A stretch of 64,000 nucleotides of DNA, taken from assembly GCF_009914755.1 (NCBI RefSeq), contig NC_060942.1; one strand, written 5' to 3'. The notes beneath the pieces are model-generated. The model did no database searches. It had not been told where the DNA came from and saw only the letters and a list, made by a program, of their open reading frames with translations. The position numbers were made by a program, and so were the translations under genes. Origin of the DNA: the human T2T-CHM13v2.0 reference genome, Homo sapiens. Each line of letters opens with the position of its first letter. The stretch's first letter is position 1. Of the stretch, positions 15,626 to 37,477 are shown in pieces.

Positions 15626-17704
15626 ATTAATAAATATAGGGCCTTTAATGAGTGTCAAGAAAGCTGGTTTCCTTTCACTTCAATTACAACAAATCTTACA
15701 CTGTAAAATTTTATTAGCTATTATGCCTATTGAACCAACACCACAGGTTAATTCTGTACAACACAGTCCTGTGTTGCAACAGAGATTACTACTATATAGA
15801 GAAGCCTTTCCTGAGGCATCACCCCACCCCAAGCAGAAAGAAAATGCTTCCTCCTCCATGATCTTACAGAGTCCTAATATTATCTCTAAAAAAGCCTGCC
15901 TCACTCTGACCCAGGATAGCCTCAGAGTTACCCATGAATCTTTCCTTTCCTCAGCATCCCCCTCCAATTGGTTACTAAATCTCTTTTCTAACTCCTGAAT
16001 GCTTGTATTCCATTCTTTTTCTCCAAACTTACTGCCATTACTTGATTTTAGTTCTTTAACTTATGTTACTGAACTATTTCAGAAACATAAGTGCATATTT
16101 CACAAGATGTAAAGTTGGTTAGAGATGTAGAAAGAAAACTGGGATAATGCAGAGACAAAAGTCAAAACACCAAAAACTTTAAAGAATAAGAATTTCATCC
16201 TGCAAATTTTCATCACCTGTAAAATAATTTTAACTCTTTTTTAATCTCCTTCTCTGGGCAAACAGTGTACAAATCTGGACCTATATTATTAAGTCTAAAT
16301 TCCACTTTGCCTTTGAAATGAAGATACCCTGTTTCCAGTACCAGTTTTAAGTAATGAAATTCAAAGGGAAAATAGAAGTTGACACACAGTACTTCATTTA
16401 TACAAAATTGAACAGAAAAGCCTCCAAGACTAAAATTAACCTACAATAATCACCAAGTTTATTGCTGCGGTCAATAGAAATTATGAGTTAGCAACTAGGC
16501 AAATAGGTTTTGTCTCAAGTGCCAATTTTAATTAATTAATTATGGCCATCTGGAGCATTGTGTTTAGAAGGCTGGAGGATTAGCTTGTACCAAGCAAAAG
16601 AGAATTCAATGATGATTATCCATGTCTGCCACAGGTGTGAAAGGGATAAAAATAAGAATAAGAGCAGACTTTTAGTTTTAGTGATTAGAATATCAGCAGT
16701 ATTTCTAAGGTGACTAAATCATGGTTTCATACCAATAGGAAACAGTTTTCTGTTTAATGGCTCATTTGAAAATAGTATTTTGTTTGTCATTTTGATGATA
16801 GCAGCTCAGTTATGCCAAGTTGAGAGGAAAGCTGGCAATGACCCTGCACTCCTTTTCATAGGTGTTGCACTGGATCAGCCATTGTGTAATGGAATTACAT
16901 GGGCTCAGTCCCTGGAAACAGTATTTTATTAATCTACATATAGTACTGCAACTCAAATAAATGCGATCGCTTATCAATGGGAGGAGGAACTTATGGCACA
17001 TAATTAAAACAACTCTGCAAGTAAGAATCAGGGTTTAACAATGTAGTAGAAGTTGAATCTCTTAATGGCTTTCTTCTTTTTACAGAAAAGCAATTGTTAT
17101 TTAAGTTTATGGAGTGGTTGTTTAGTCCTGGATGTGATTCCTCAAAGAGCAATTTAAAAATATAATTTTTTATTAAATCAATATAGTTTTCTTTCTAGTA
17201 TTTTTTGGTAAAAAGATACTCAAGGAAATAAAATCACAACATGAAATAGTATTTCACCAACTAATTTACATCAGATTTATTAAAGCCAAGTATAATAGAG
17301 GCCTAAATGAAAACCAGATGTATACAAAATAAACAACTGTGTATTGTGGTACCCTATAAAATGGCTAAGCTGCCTCTATTTCTAACATAAAAATATTAGT
17401 TGAATTAATGAATGCTTTTTGCCATATTCCTTCTAAAGAATATAAACTGCTATTTCACTTCAAAGAAAACCAAAAAACATAAACTGAGAAGGTACTATTA
17501 GACTTGCGCCATTCTACAAAAGCATGGTACATTACATAATTGGGAATTTATAAGTCAACTATATTATCAAAGCAATAAGATTAATTGCTGACAAATTAGA
17601 AAAGCATAAAAATGTTTAAAGAAAGATGCTATAGGAGAATATATTAGAGAAAACTCTGTAATCTGGAGTCAGGATGCTTGTAAATCTTTCTGATCCTACA
17701 ATTT

Positions 17705-17798
17705 TATCTATATCTATATCTATATCTATATCTATATCTATATCTATATCTATGTCTCTCTCTATATTTACATATATATATTAAGACACACACACACA
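17705..17798. repeat. (TATATC)n hexamer microsatellite followed by short TA and CA runs
   Basis: About 8 units of TATCTA at 17705-17752, then (CA)n near 17786-17798. Confidence 0.9.
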
Positions 17799-19001
17799 CC
17801 CCTAAGTGACTCATGAAAATAAAGTGCAAAGTCAAATATAAAAATAAAATTCAGCTACAATGTCAGATACGGAATGAATGAATTTTCAAAAAGTGAGCTT
17901 TCCTTTATGGTTTAAGTAAAAATATAATAGAAAAAAAATTCCCAGTCATAAGAACAACATGACAACCACACAATATTAGAAATATAAAATCCTGAGAACA
18001 GCATTAAAAACAACAGCAAGAAAACCCACTATAAAATCTGTAGTAATAAAGTTACAAAACTTTACTGAAATATGTATAAAGTCCCCAGTGTAATCTTCTC
18101 AACAAACCTGATTTTGGTATTATTAATATCCCTACATTATATACAAAGACTTTATAATGTACAAAAAATGCTTAATGAGAGAAATATTAAGTAACCTTAA
18201 TATCATTGAGTTAGGAATAGTATGCAAGAACTTAAGCTAGGTTAAAGAAAGTCAACAAGTCAACAATGTTGAGAAAACTAGAAATTTGGAAAACTATAAA
18301 TTATATCCTCAGCTTATATTATACAGTAAATAAAATTTTATTTTATAGGAAAATGCTCCATATATAATATTAAATGAATAAAGTAGAATGTAAAACTGCA
18401 TCTATAATATAATTTCAAACTGTTAAAATATGATTTAAAGAGTTGAATACAAACAATTAAGCCATAGGAAACAGAAAATCCAGATGGATTTTTAATTGAT
18501 TCTGGTATAGGCAAGTATTTTCTAAGCACAAAATAACAGAATAAATAATTTTTAAAAAATCTGGATGCACTTGACTGCAAGCAAAATTTAAAATGTAGTA
18601 TAAAAAATTGAATGTAGAAAATATTTGAAGCAAAAAAGTGACACATGTATTATAAAGAGATCATATAAATCAATAAGAAAAAAGAATACCTCAACAGAAA
18701 TAAATGAATGAATGGCAGAAATGCATTATAGATGAATTAGCACAAATGTTAAGTAAAGTTATAGAATAACCAATTCTATTAATAACAAAGAAAAATAAAA
18801 TAAAAAATTAAATTACACAGCTCACCCTCCCCCTCATACCAATTTACAAAGACTTCAAATCATAATCCAAAACTTCTCTCTTTCGTTTTGAATTTAAGTT
18901 ATCATCCCTGGGAATTCATGTAAAATTTTTTCAATGGATTAAATAACCCTAGTACTATTTGTACTCTGTGTGTGGGGGTAGGATGGGGCAGTGAAGACAG
19001 G

Positions 19002-19591
19002 TATGATAGTTAATTTTGTATGTCAACTTGGCTACACCATGGTACCCAAATATTTAGTTAAAAGGCTAATTTATTTGTTTCTGAGGAGATTGTTTATTAG
19101 ATTGGGATTAACATTTAAATTAGTGAACATTGCATAAAATGGATTGTCCTCCCTAATGTGGTTGGGCCTCATCCAATCAATTGAATGCCTTAAGATGAAA
19201 AGACTGATGTTCTCCACCAACCACTATGAAAGGGAGGGAATTCTGCCAGCAGATAGCTTTCAGGGTCAAGCTGCAAGTTTTCATTGGATGTTCAGCCTGT
19301 CAGCCTACCCTGAAGATTTTGGATTTGCCAGCCTCAGAATTTTATGTGACCCAATTCCTTAAAATAAAATCTCTCTCTTGTTCTCTCTTTATAATATACA
19401 TAAAGTGTATGTGTGTGTGTGTGTAAAGAGTGTAGTATATATACATACCTGTGTATGTATATATAAAGACTATATATGTATATCATACATATTATATATT
19501 ATCTATCTATTCGTCTATCTATCTGTCTGACTATTTATATATCTATGTTTTTTTATTGGCTCTGCTTCTCTGGAGAATCCTGACCAAAACA
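19002..19591 (+). mobile_element. MLT2 (ERVL) solo LTR with internal TG/TA/TATC microsatellite
   Basis: Start TATGATAGTTAATTTTGTATGTCAACTTGGCT, CCTCCCTAATGTGGTTGGGCCTCATCCAATCA, end TCTCTGGAGAATCCTGACCAAAACA. Confidence 0.85.
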
Positions 19592-19710
19592 GCAGGTATC
19601 TAAGGAAGGCCAATATAGTTGTCTTGTTTCATTAGCAATAATTCATTTTGATATGAGAAAAAAAAATCAACCATTTTATTCATTTTTATACTATCCAAAA
19701 TAAATAGGTG

Positions 19711-27568
<7,858 letters not shown>

Positions 27569-28354
27569 CAAAATAAGTAGATGCTTCTTTTTCTACAGTT
27601 CTAACTCTGTGTACACAAAGAAAGTAATGATCTTTTACGATACAACTCCTACCAGTAGTGAAAACCTGAAATAAGTAGAACTGAAGCATAATATCAAATG
27701 TAAACATGCCACATGCCACTTTTCTAAATGATTCTGATGCCTTTCCCTTGAATTTAAATGGAAGACTTAACTATTTTCTTTACTAGAAAGTTATGTTTAA
27801 AAAGGAGAAATAAATAAGCACATTTCTTTTTCAATATGAGATAATTTACAATTTATCAGTTATCATACATAAGGATCTGTGACATTCGTTTGGTTGACTG
27901 TATTAACATCATATTTTTAGACTAAATGATCTTTAGAATAAAATTGTTGACTCATTTAGCCTTTGTAATAGTCTAAAATAACTTATTTAAGATTGAATTT
28001 GCTTTGGTTTTATTTCACAACTCAGAATGCTTAAGAGGTACCATTTTAAGAGGGAAGAATTCCTAATGCTTCAATGCATTATGTAAGCTAATTTACCTAC
28101 ACAGTCACAATCAGTTGGAGAGGAATGTACAAATAAATGCCTAATAAATGTTTGATGGCAATGTATGACAACAATTTTTGATTCCCAATTTGATAATTTT
28201 TTTTCTAAATTTAAACTTAAAGTTACTATTTGCATAGTGTTTAAATTTTATATGAACAATATCAGTCATAACAGTTTACATTTAGCAAGTGCTTTTTATA
28301 AATCAAGTATTGTATGTGTAGATACATTATCTCAATAAATACTCCTTGTACCAC

Positions 28355-28905
28355 TGAGGTAGGGAGAGTTCCAAGATGATTCCCAACAAGTCAAATCCTT
28401 GTAGAATCCCTTCTTTTTGAGTATGGGCAGAATCTCTGGCTTGCTTCTAGCCAATAGAATATGGAAAAAGTGATGGGAGGTCATTCCTGTGATTATGTTA
28501 GGTTATGTGGTTATACAAGACTCTGTCTTTGCAGATAAGAAGGGAGTCTCCTTTTAATATTGAAGTGCCATGTTATGAGAGGCCCTTTGAAAGGGATATT
28601 GCAGTGCAAAGAATTGTGAGGGTCTCTAGAAGATGAGAGTTGTCCCTTACTGACAGCCAGCAAGAAAAACTGATTTCTGCCAACAATACATGCCAATAAT
28701 ACATCTTGGAAGATGACCCTAAGCTCCAAAAAGGAACACAGCCTGGCTGACAACTGGATTTCAGTCTTGTGAGATGCTGAGCAGAGGACCCTGTTCAACT
28801 CTGTTTATGTATCTGATATGTGGAAATTGTGAGTTAATGAATGTATTATATGTTAAGTTGTCAAATTTGTAGTAATTTGTTACACAGCAATAGAAAACTA
28901 ATTAA
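28355..28905 (+). mobile_element. MLT1E-type MaLR solo LTR
   Basis: CTTGCTTCTAGCCAATAGAATATGG...GTGATGGGA...GTGATTATGTTA, end GTAATTTGTTACACAGCAATAGAAAACTAAT. Confidence 0.8.
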
Positions 28906-30049
28906 AACACGATTTTAAAAGCTATTATAAACTACTTCGGTATAGGAGATGCAGCATTTCCTACATAGAGGCCGTGGGAATAATCTATGTTCACAGAATT
29001 TATAAAGGATTTTTATCATTTTCTACGCAACAACAAGGCCTGTGATCATCCCATCTCAACACAGAAAGTTATAGTTGTAACAACAGGAGTTGTTGTGGGG
29101 GTTCTATGGTAAGGCTTTGCAACATATACTATAAACAATATATGCATTCAAATACACTTTCTTTCATATGATTATGTGAGTTAACATTTACTTTTTTGAC
29201 TTAAAAAGCTGATTCAAGATTTCAAGAGGCAACATCTTGTTTTCAACAGGTGACATCTTGTAAATGGAAAATTCAAGCTAAGGGTCAGGTATTCATTGTT
29301 GAGTTCTGCAGCTTGTCTCACTGTCATCACTAAAACCCTCTGCCCAAGAGCACTGGGACCCAAAGTCAAGGAAACAGAATCCTGTCATTCCCCTCTAACG
29401 ACTCAAATTATATTGGTCCTCATATTGCTGACAAGATAGGGGTAGTTGTAGCTACTGGGCCATTGAAAAGTTTTAAGACTGCACCTAAGTACATACAAAT
29501 CAAGGCTATTGGTGGCTATTATATTCCTATTCACACATTCAGTTTACTTGATTGGTATGACATGACTGATTCAGGTCAACTGATCAGCTATAGGACTACA
29601 CAGTTTTAACAAGGGCTGAATTTTTCACCAGTAACTACTTTGAAAATTTCAGTCCTTCCTAATGTATGAAAATGGAAAACAAAACATGAACATTGTGCAA
29701 TAGCATCTATAATGGTAAACATTTGAATAGTGATAGTACATTTGCATGTCTGCAATTCTTTTCTCATTGATCTTCTGGGTAGTGATGTATTGGCTTCTCA
29801 TTTCTTGTAATTATGTTAGCAGCTTTGATTGTAACATTATGTCAAACATTCTGATGATTGGTTACAAGTGAATCAGTGGACGAAAACAGAATTTAAGAAT
29901 ATTGGCATGAATGTTTTATTTCACAGTTGTGCAACTTGAGGTCCAATGACACTAAAGTGGGCAAACCAATAATTAGTAACAGGATTCAAGTTTTCAATCC
30001 CCAAGCCAATACTCCTTCCATTATAGTGCAGGTTTGCATATCTCAAACA

Positions 30050-31605
30050 ACTTTTCCTCCACACTCATGGTCCCAACTGAACTTGCTTTCTAATTCACTG
30101 AAAAATATTGAAGTAACCAGAAAACATTGTCCACAAATTTCCAGCAATGATCTTTGTCTGTGTCAGTGTAGTTTACCCTCTCTCTTGTTACTGTGTATGT
30201 TTTAGCAAAGCCCAATCCTTCTACTTGTGCAATCGATTCCATCCCCTCTCATTTGCTCAAGGGACAGTGTCTCAGCAATTCCTCAGTTCTTCTCTAATTC
30301 TCCTTTCACACATTTCCTCCTCTCTACTCAATCATTTGTATTCGTGTACAAATATTTTGGAAAGTAAATCTTCTCATGCCCACATTTTGCTCTCTCCTGT
30401 TTCTTTGTTTTTCTGCTTATGTTTATATCAAAATTGTTGTATAAGCTGTCTCTACTCATGTCTGCACAGGTTCTCCTCTCATTTTCTGTGGAATCTACTC
30501 CAATCAGATTTTTTTCATTGATATAATTCTGTTAAAAAAATTCTCTTATCAAGGTCATCAATGATTTCTTCTCTATCCTGAGATTACCTCATTTAGTCTA
30601 ATGATTGCCAACATTATCTATATGTGAAAAGCTTGCAAATTAGTATCTCCAGTAAGGATACTTTCCCTCAACTCCAGACCTGTTTATCAACAAACTACCT
30701 GACATCTTCACCTGAATGTCTTAAATCCATCTCAGATATTACATGTTCAAAACTGATTTCCTGATATTTCTCTCTAAACCTGTCTCCTCTTGTTTCTTTT
30801 GCCATTTAAGACCAACTTCATTTTAGTTGTGTGGGCAAATCATCCTGGTATCATTCTTCACTCCTCTATTTTTCTTACTCCCTTCATCTGGTCATCAGAA
30901 GATCCTATTGGTGCTATCTTTAAAATATACCCTGAATTTGACCACTTTTCACTACTGCCATGGGCACCATCTTGATCCAAGCCATCAAAATCTCTTATCT
31001 GGATTATTAAAATAGCCTCCCTTCCTCTGTCTTTGACCACTTTCAGTCTATTTCAAACCCAGTTTCCAGAGTGATCCAATTAAACCATAATTTGGATTTT
31101 GTCACTTCTCATGTCAAAGCTCTCAATGGTTTTCCAGCTCACTCTAAGGAAAAGACAATGGTCTTTAGGTCTCTAAATAATATATCCCTTCATTATTTCT
31201 CTGTTCTCACCTTCCCCTTTCTCTCTTTTACACTGGCCCGGTGTTACCTTTATTCTTATAGATATGCTTTTATCTTAGTGACTTTGTGTATTCTGCATTA
31301 CTGCAATATCTTTCCCGCAAATATCCACATTGCTAGTTCCTCAATTCCTTCATATTTTTATTAAAACTACTCCTTCTCAGCTAATACTTCTCTTCCCATC
31401 CTATCTAGAATTCCATCCCTTCCCCAACACACATTCCTATATCCATTCTAGATTAATTTCTTAATACACAATATATTGTATTTATCTTGTTTGCTATGTG
31501 TCTCCCTCACTAGAACAAGAATGTCTGTTTTATTTACTATCGTAATGCAAACATCTAAAGGAGTGCTTTCCATGAAGCAGATCTGCAACATCTTTGAATA
31601 AAGGA
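30050..31605 (+). mobile_element. L2 (LINE2) 3' portion
   Basis: Pyrimidine-rich, with CTCAACTCCAGACC...ACCTGACATCTTCACCTGAATGTCT, TCTTTAAAATATACCCTGAA and TGTCTCCCTCACTAGAA motifs. Confidence 0.75.
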
Positions 31606-33249
31606 TGGTGTCTCTGATCCATCAATAGTAACATTTATGTTTTGAATGCTTATTTGAAAGGAATACAAAAAATGAGAATTGATGTATACTTTATCTCATG
31701 ATCTTTTTTAGAACCATTGACAGAAATTTTGAGTAATCTCTCTGAGACTCCAGGTGAAGTGAACTCTCCCACAAAACAATTAATTCTATGACATTGGCCA
31801 CACTATCATTGTCTTCTAATCATCCAAGTGAAATAATTCCTACCTCACACCGTCAAAGTTTTGTATGCTCTTGATAGTAAAAGAATATAGGGTATTGGGA
31901 TTTCTAATGAGAGTACAATGGCATCCTAAAAGCTATAGTATACATTCAATATGCATATAAAATTCAGTTTTGTAGTTTTATTATATGTTTGATTTTTAGG
32001 TATTTTCTTTCTTCACTCCTTTCTCTTCCATGTGGAAGTTCCATTTCATAATGGGCTACTGATCAGACCTGTTATTCTAACGGTAGAATCCCAAAGGAAA
32101 ACATGTTTCAGATGTAAAGTATTCCCCTCAGATTCCCTGGCGGTCATGGAAAGCAGGAGAAATTCTTGATGTATGAAGTCACTGTCACCATTGTCAAAGC
32201 ACTGTAGTGTGGGAAATGAACCACAAATAAAATCAAAGGGTATTTCTTCCAAAGCACTGAATATTTGTGCACAAACAACAATGTTTTCATTAAGGTACAA
32301 AATATTTCAGACCAAATATTAATGTTTAAAAGTCCAGAAAACACATCTCAGTCTAGCTGCCTTAGGTGGCAAATTTTTGGCATGCTTGTAAACAGTAATA
32401 TAGAAGAAATTAAAGACTCTCTGTCAAAGTGCCAAAACTTAATTTATTTTTGGAAACCTGAAATCCTCTATAGGTCCAACTTAACTTTCATACCAAAAGG
32501 ACCATAAATGTAGTTCTCTGTCCTTTGCTCTAAAGAATTAATTTTAAGGTATGCATATTTTTTTCTTTAAGGGCTTAAGCCTAAATTAAATCACCAAGAG
32601 CCTCAATAAAGTAATATTAAAGTTGAACAGAAATCCACAAGAGCAAGACAATTTGGAGGTAGGTTAAAATTCCTTTCTTGCTCTTCAACCTTAAATCAGA
32701 GTGCTGTGTTAAGGTATTGTAATGATCTAAGACAGTGTGTCATCTTTCACGCCAGGCAGCATATGTTACAATTCCTGAATTAGAGAACAGCTATTCCCCC
32801 AAATTATTATTTTAACTACATAGTCATTCTCAGTTTGGATTTAGGTCAGGCACCAAAAGTTACTCTATAGTCTTGGGAATGAATATCATAACCCTCAGCT
32901 CACAGCATAATCGTCAAAGCCTCATCCAGAAATGCATTATAGAACACACAGAAAATTTAAAAAAGATTTTGATTACTGCTTAATATAGAGAAATGAATGT
33001 GTTTATCTTTATAAATAGCACTTGTATACAAGTGGCTCAAATGTGGTAAAACAGCCACAACAGTCCCAATATAAGTTGCAAAATCAAACATTCAGGCATG
33101 AGAAGTCTTTTTCTTAAGTTATTTTCAAGCTTCATCCTTTTTTCTGCAATAACTAAAGCAAAGCCACAGTAGCTGCAGCCATTTGCATCTGAGGAAGAGA
33201 TGTTTTGCTTTGGTGATATAGTTAATGAGTCTAAAAATATTCAGTATAA

Positions 33250-33570
33250 TAATTCTGTCAAAGCCCCCACAGTCTCCTCAATGAGCGGAAGCCTGCAGGA
33301 TTCCAATGGGGAGCCGAGTAATGAGCTCTCAGCATTCGCTCCCACACCGTCCAGGCGAAATATACTCAGGCCTCTATGGTTCCACATCATTAGCAACATG
33401 AAACAAAGACACATGCTTGACTTTAATAAGCGACTAAAGTTGCTGGCTTACTAGTCTGTTACTGCACGTAAACTCTGTTTCAGTATTTCAAAACAGCTCC
33501 TTGCAAAGAGAAAGCAGGAAGGGTTTTGGCAAACAGGCTTAACTTAACGTGGCAAATGATTGAGCAGAAT

Positions 33571-33613
<43 letters not shown>

Positions 33614-33780
33614 ACACAGGAAGTGATGAGTCTCCTGGGCTCATTGCAGACTACAGTTTCCCTGTTGGAGATGATGGTTACGGTGGGCTGCAGTGATCGG
33701 GCTATAGGCATATGTGACTGAGTTTTAGTTGATTTTCTTGCAAGACAGGAAGTGAACAAGCTTATTTCCCACTGGGAAAG
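33250..33780 (-). promoter_or_regulatory. Candidate promoter/enhancer (ETS-rich) with possible minus-strand first exon
   Basis: Repeat-free and locally more GC/CpG-rich. ACAGGAAGTGA at 33616-33626 and 33745-33755, ACTACAGTTTCCC at 33650-33662, TTTCCCACTGGGAAA at 33765-33779, and a minus-strand donor CTA|GTAAGC at 33452/33451. Confidence 0.5.
33573..33611. repeat. A39 mononucleotide tract not attached to any retroelement
   Basis: 39 uninterrupted A, with no Alu or L1 3' end upstream. Confidence 0.95.
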
Positions 33781-36776
33781 GTTCAGACATGATTAACTTG
33801 GGCATGATCAAATAGGTCAATAATATGACAATGAATTTCTATCACAATAATTAAGTGGGGAAATTTGTGTGATTTGTTCTTCTTGTTCTTCACATACCAA
33901 TAATGCATTAGCATGGATTCATTTAGTTTCTTTCATTAGATAAAGTCACATAGCTACAATTTAAGATAGTGAGGGCTCAATTTGAATACTTAAATGTTAT
34001 TTCTGCAAAACATTATATTATTTTCCTGTATTTTATTTTTAGCACAGGCTTTTGCATGCCAGCATTGAAGAAGTGATCTGAAATTTGTTTCTACATGCAT
34101 ACTAATTATTTCAAGGGTGATATTCCCATATATCAGGCTTTATGAATATCAATCACCAGGATAAAGTAAGAATTATTGTAGAGAATGACATAGGTAGAGA
34201 TAAATGCATCACTTTGGGATATTAGGATTCAGAATATTTTACATGTATATGATTTTTGCCAGCTATTAAAATATTTCAACTTTACCTTAAATAAAAAGTT
34301 CCTATATATAATCCCCAAATCTTGGCATTGGAAGAGAACTCAGAAATCATAAAAGGTGCTAATCCAGTCCATGCAGTGCCTCATTTTACAGCGCTCCCCT
34401 AAAATATTTTTCTTAACATTAATATAAAACCAGAGAATCATCTTATGGCTTTAAATAATTGAACATTGGAACTTAAATTGTAGATGGTTTCCACTGTCTT
34501 CTTTTAAATTTCATATTTTAGTTTTATGCTTATAATCAAGATAATCTTCAACCTTTTTTCGCCATATGATACAATTTCCCCATAATATTGGAAACTAGAC
34601 ATTTTTAAAGTATGCCTTTAGCAAATAGGAATAAAAAATGATTGAGTCCAGCAGCAGCCCAGTGGCTTATCAAGGATGACTTTAAAACCACCCATTTTCT
34701 TTGGTTATGGTTATGCAACTGTTTCTTACACAAGGATACAATGAAATATTATATTTTGCAAATATCAGCCTATGCTCTAAACAGTAGTTAGAGCAAACTT
34801 GTTTATAAGAGAATGGAGGGAAATTTGGCATAATTTACATAATTAATTTTTAGTGAATCCATATATTTCAATAACACATTTTTCCTTTTATAGGATTTCA
34901 CTTATAATCTCCTAAATAAACCAATCTAGAATACTTTTATGAGGCTTAATTTTACTCCCACCAAGCTTTAGTTTCTCCTCCTTTTGAAAAATGAGACAAA
35001 TTTCCTAATTTTAGTGTTTTCACATTTCTTTCACCTGCTTCACAGCTTCTCTCCAGTAACTAACTTTAGTTCCTTAATCATATAGATACATTCTTTCAGG
35101 ATCCAGGACTGTTTTGCTGGGTATGGACACTATCAGTCTTAAGGGATTTGGGCCCTCTTGTTACTATTTACCTTTTCCAAGTTTATGATTAATCTCCTTG
35201 GTGAAGAAAATAAAAGTAAAATAAAAGTTCATCAGTATTTACTTCTACTTATCTTTGGCTTTGGGTACTCAAAGTGGTGAACCATTTTTTAAATGCATTC
35301 CATTTTATACTAAGAAGGCTATCTTGGCACATATAATTTTATGACATAAGGCTATGATTTATTTTTATATTTACTATATTTTAAGTTATAAGAAGTATGT
35401 AAGCCAAAATATAAATTTTTTCTTGTAACTAAAAAATGATGTCATTTGCTCTGCCTTCAGTGCGGAAATAGAGTATGAGCTTTGAAAGGGATAATTTCAC
35501 TCAAGAAGTGGACATGGATGAAAGGTATTTCACTTAAGTGTCAATATTGCACTTTCCCAAGAAAAATCCAGGGAAGACTATATATATGCATACAAAGATC
35601 TTGCCAATGTTATAACCACTCCTATTTAGACAATCTTGTTCACATCAAGGTACACTGTGTAAAAGATCATGACTTATTTTAAAAATTCATGTTTGCGGAG
35701 AAGCAGTTCTAAAATGGTGGAATAAGGAGCTCCGAAAATATGCCCCTTCATGAAAGCAAAATTTGTCAAAAATCGACCTTGACTTGACAGAACTCTGAAA
35801 ATTAACCAACATTCTTGCCCACAGTCTGAAAAGTATTCAAGGAAAACAGCTGAATTTCTGTAAAAATTGTAAGCTTTGTAATGCTCTAGCTTGCTCTATT
35901 CCCATTCTCCTACTTCAACTCCTCGTAAACCTGGAAAACCAACAGCCTTAATACCACAATAACTGTGAGAACCAATTTCTAGTAAACACAGGATGCAGCG
36001 GAATGAGTGTGGTGTTCTTGTCACTATTTGATCTGCCCAGAAACTCCCTGGAAAAATCCCATATGCAGGGCTTATCTTTATTTGACAAGACTCATAGTTT
36101 AATCAGTGTAAACAAGCGCATGCTTAGAGCGTTTGTTTAGTACAATCAGTAGGAACTGTTTGATACCACAGTTTCCTGAAGAAGTGACACCTATTGGGGC
36201 TAGCAAGAGGCTAACTGAAAAACTTAAAAGGAAAAACTGGAAAAAGAAATGTCTTTAAAGGGTCTTTGAAAATCTCTGACAAAGCACTAGCAATCTAAAA
36301 GGCACACCTATGTGTAGGGCAGTTTACATTCTCAGAAAAGACACGACAATGTTCCACTTTCTTACTGCTGTTTTTTCTAGAGGACCTGTATAAGCAGGAA
36401 GTAAAGGAAAAGACATAATTATAACCTACTATATTGTTTTATGTATGTATAACACACACACACAGAGTCCACTGACAACATCTGGGAGACTTATTGGCTC
36501 AGGTCATTTAAAAAATATTTGTCAAATTACTAGTCTGTTTGGGGAGAAGCTTCAGTAGCTGCTCATAATAAAGAAGACAGACTTTATAGAATTGGTCCAG
36601 GAAAATCACAAAACAAGGCACAGCAGTAGCAGCAACAACAGCAATAACAAATAACAAGAACAAAAAACCCTGGGGAGAAAAAATTCGATTTCCAGAGTTG
36701 CCAAATTATATTAATTGAAATGTCTAGTTTTGAGCAACAATAAAAAAGTATAAAACATGGAAAGAAACAGGAAAGA

Positions 36777-37477
<701 letters not shown>

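Noticed and set aside
33200-33454. 84-aa + strand ORF in the candidate promoter region
   Set aside because: No recognisable homology and a length compatible with chance. The region is better explained as regulatory.
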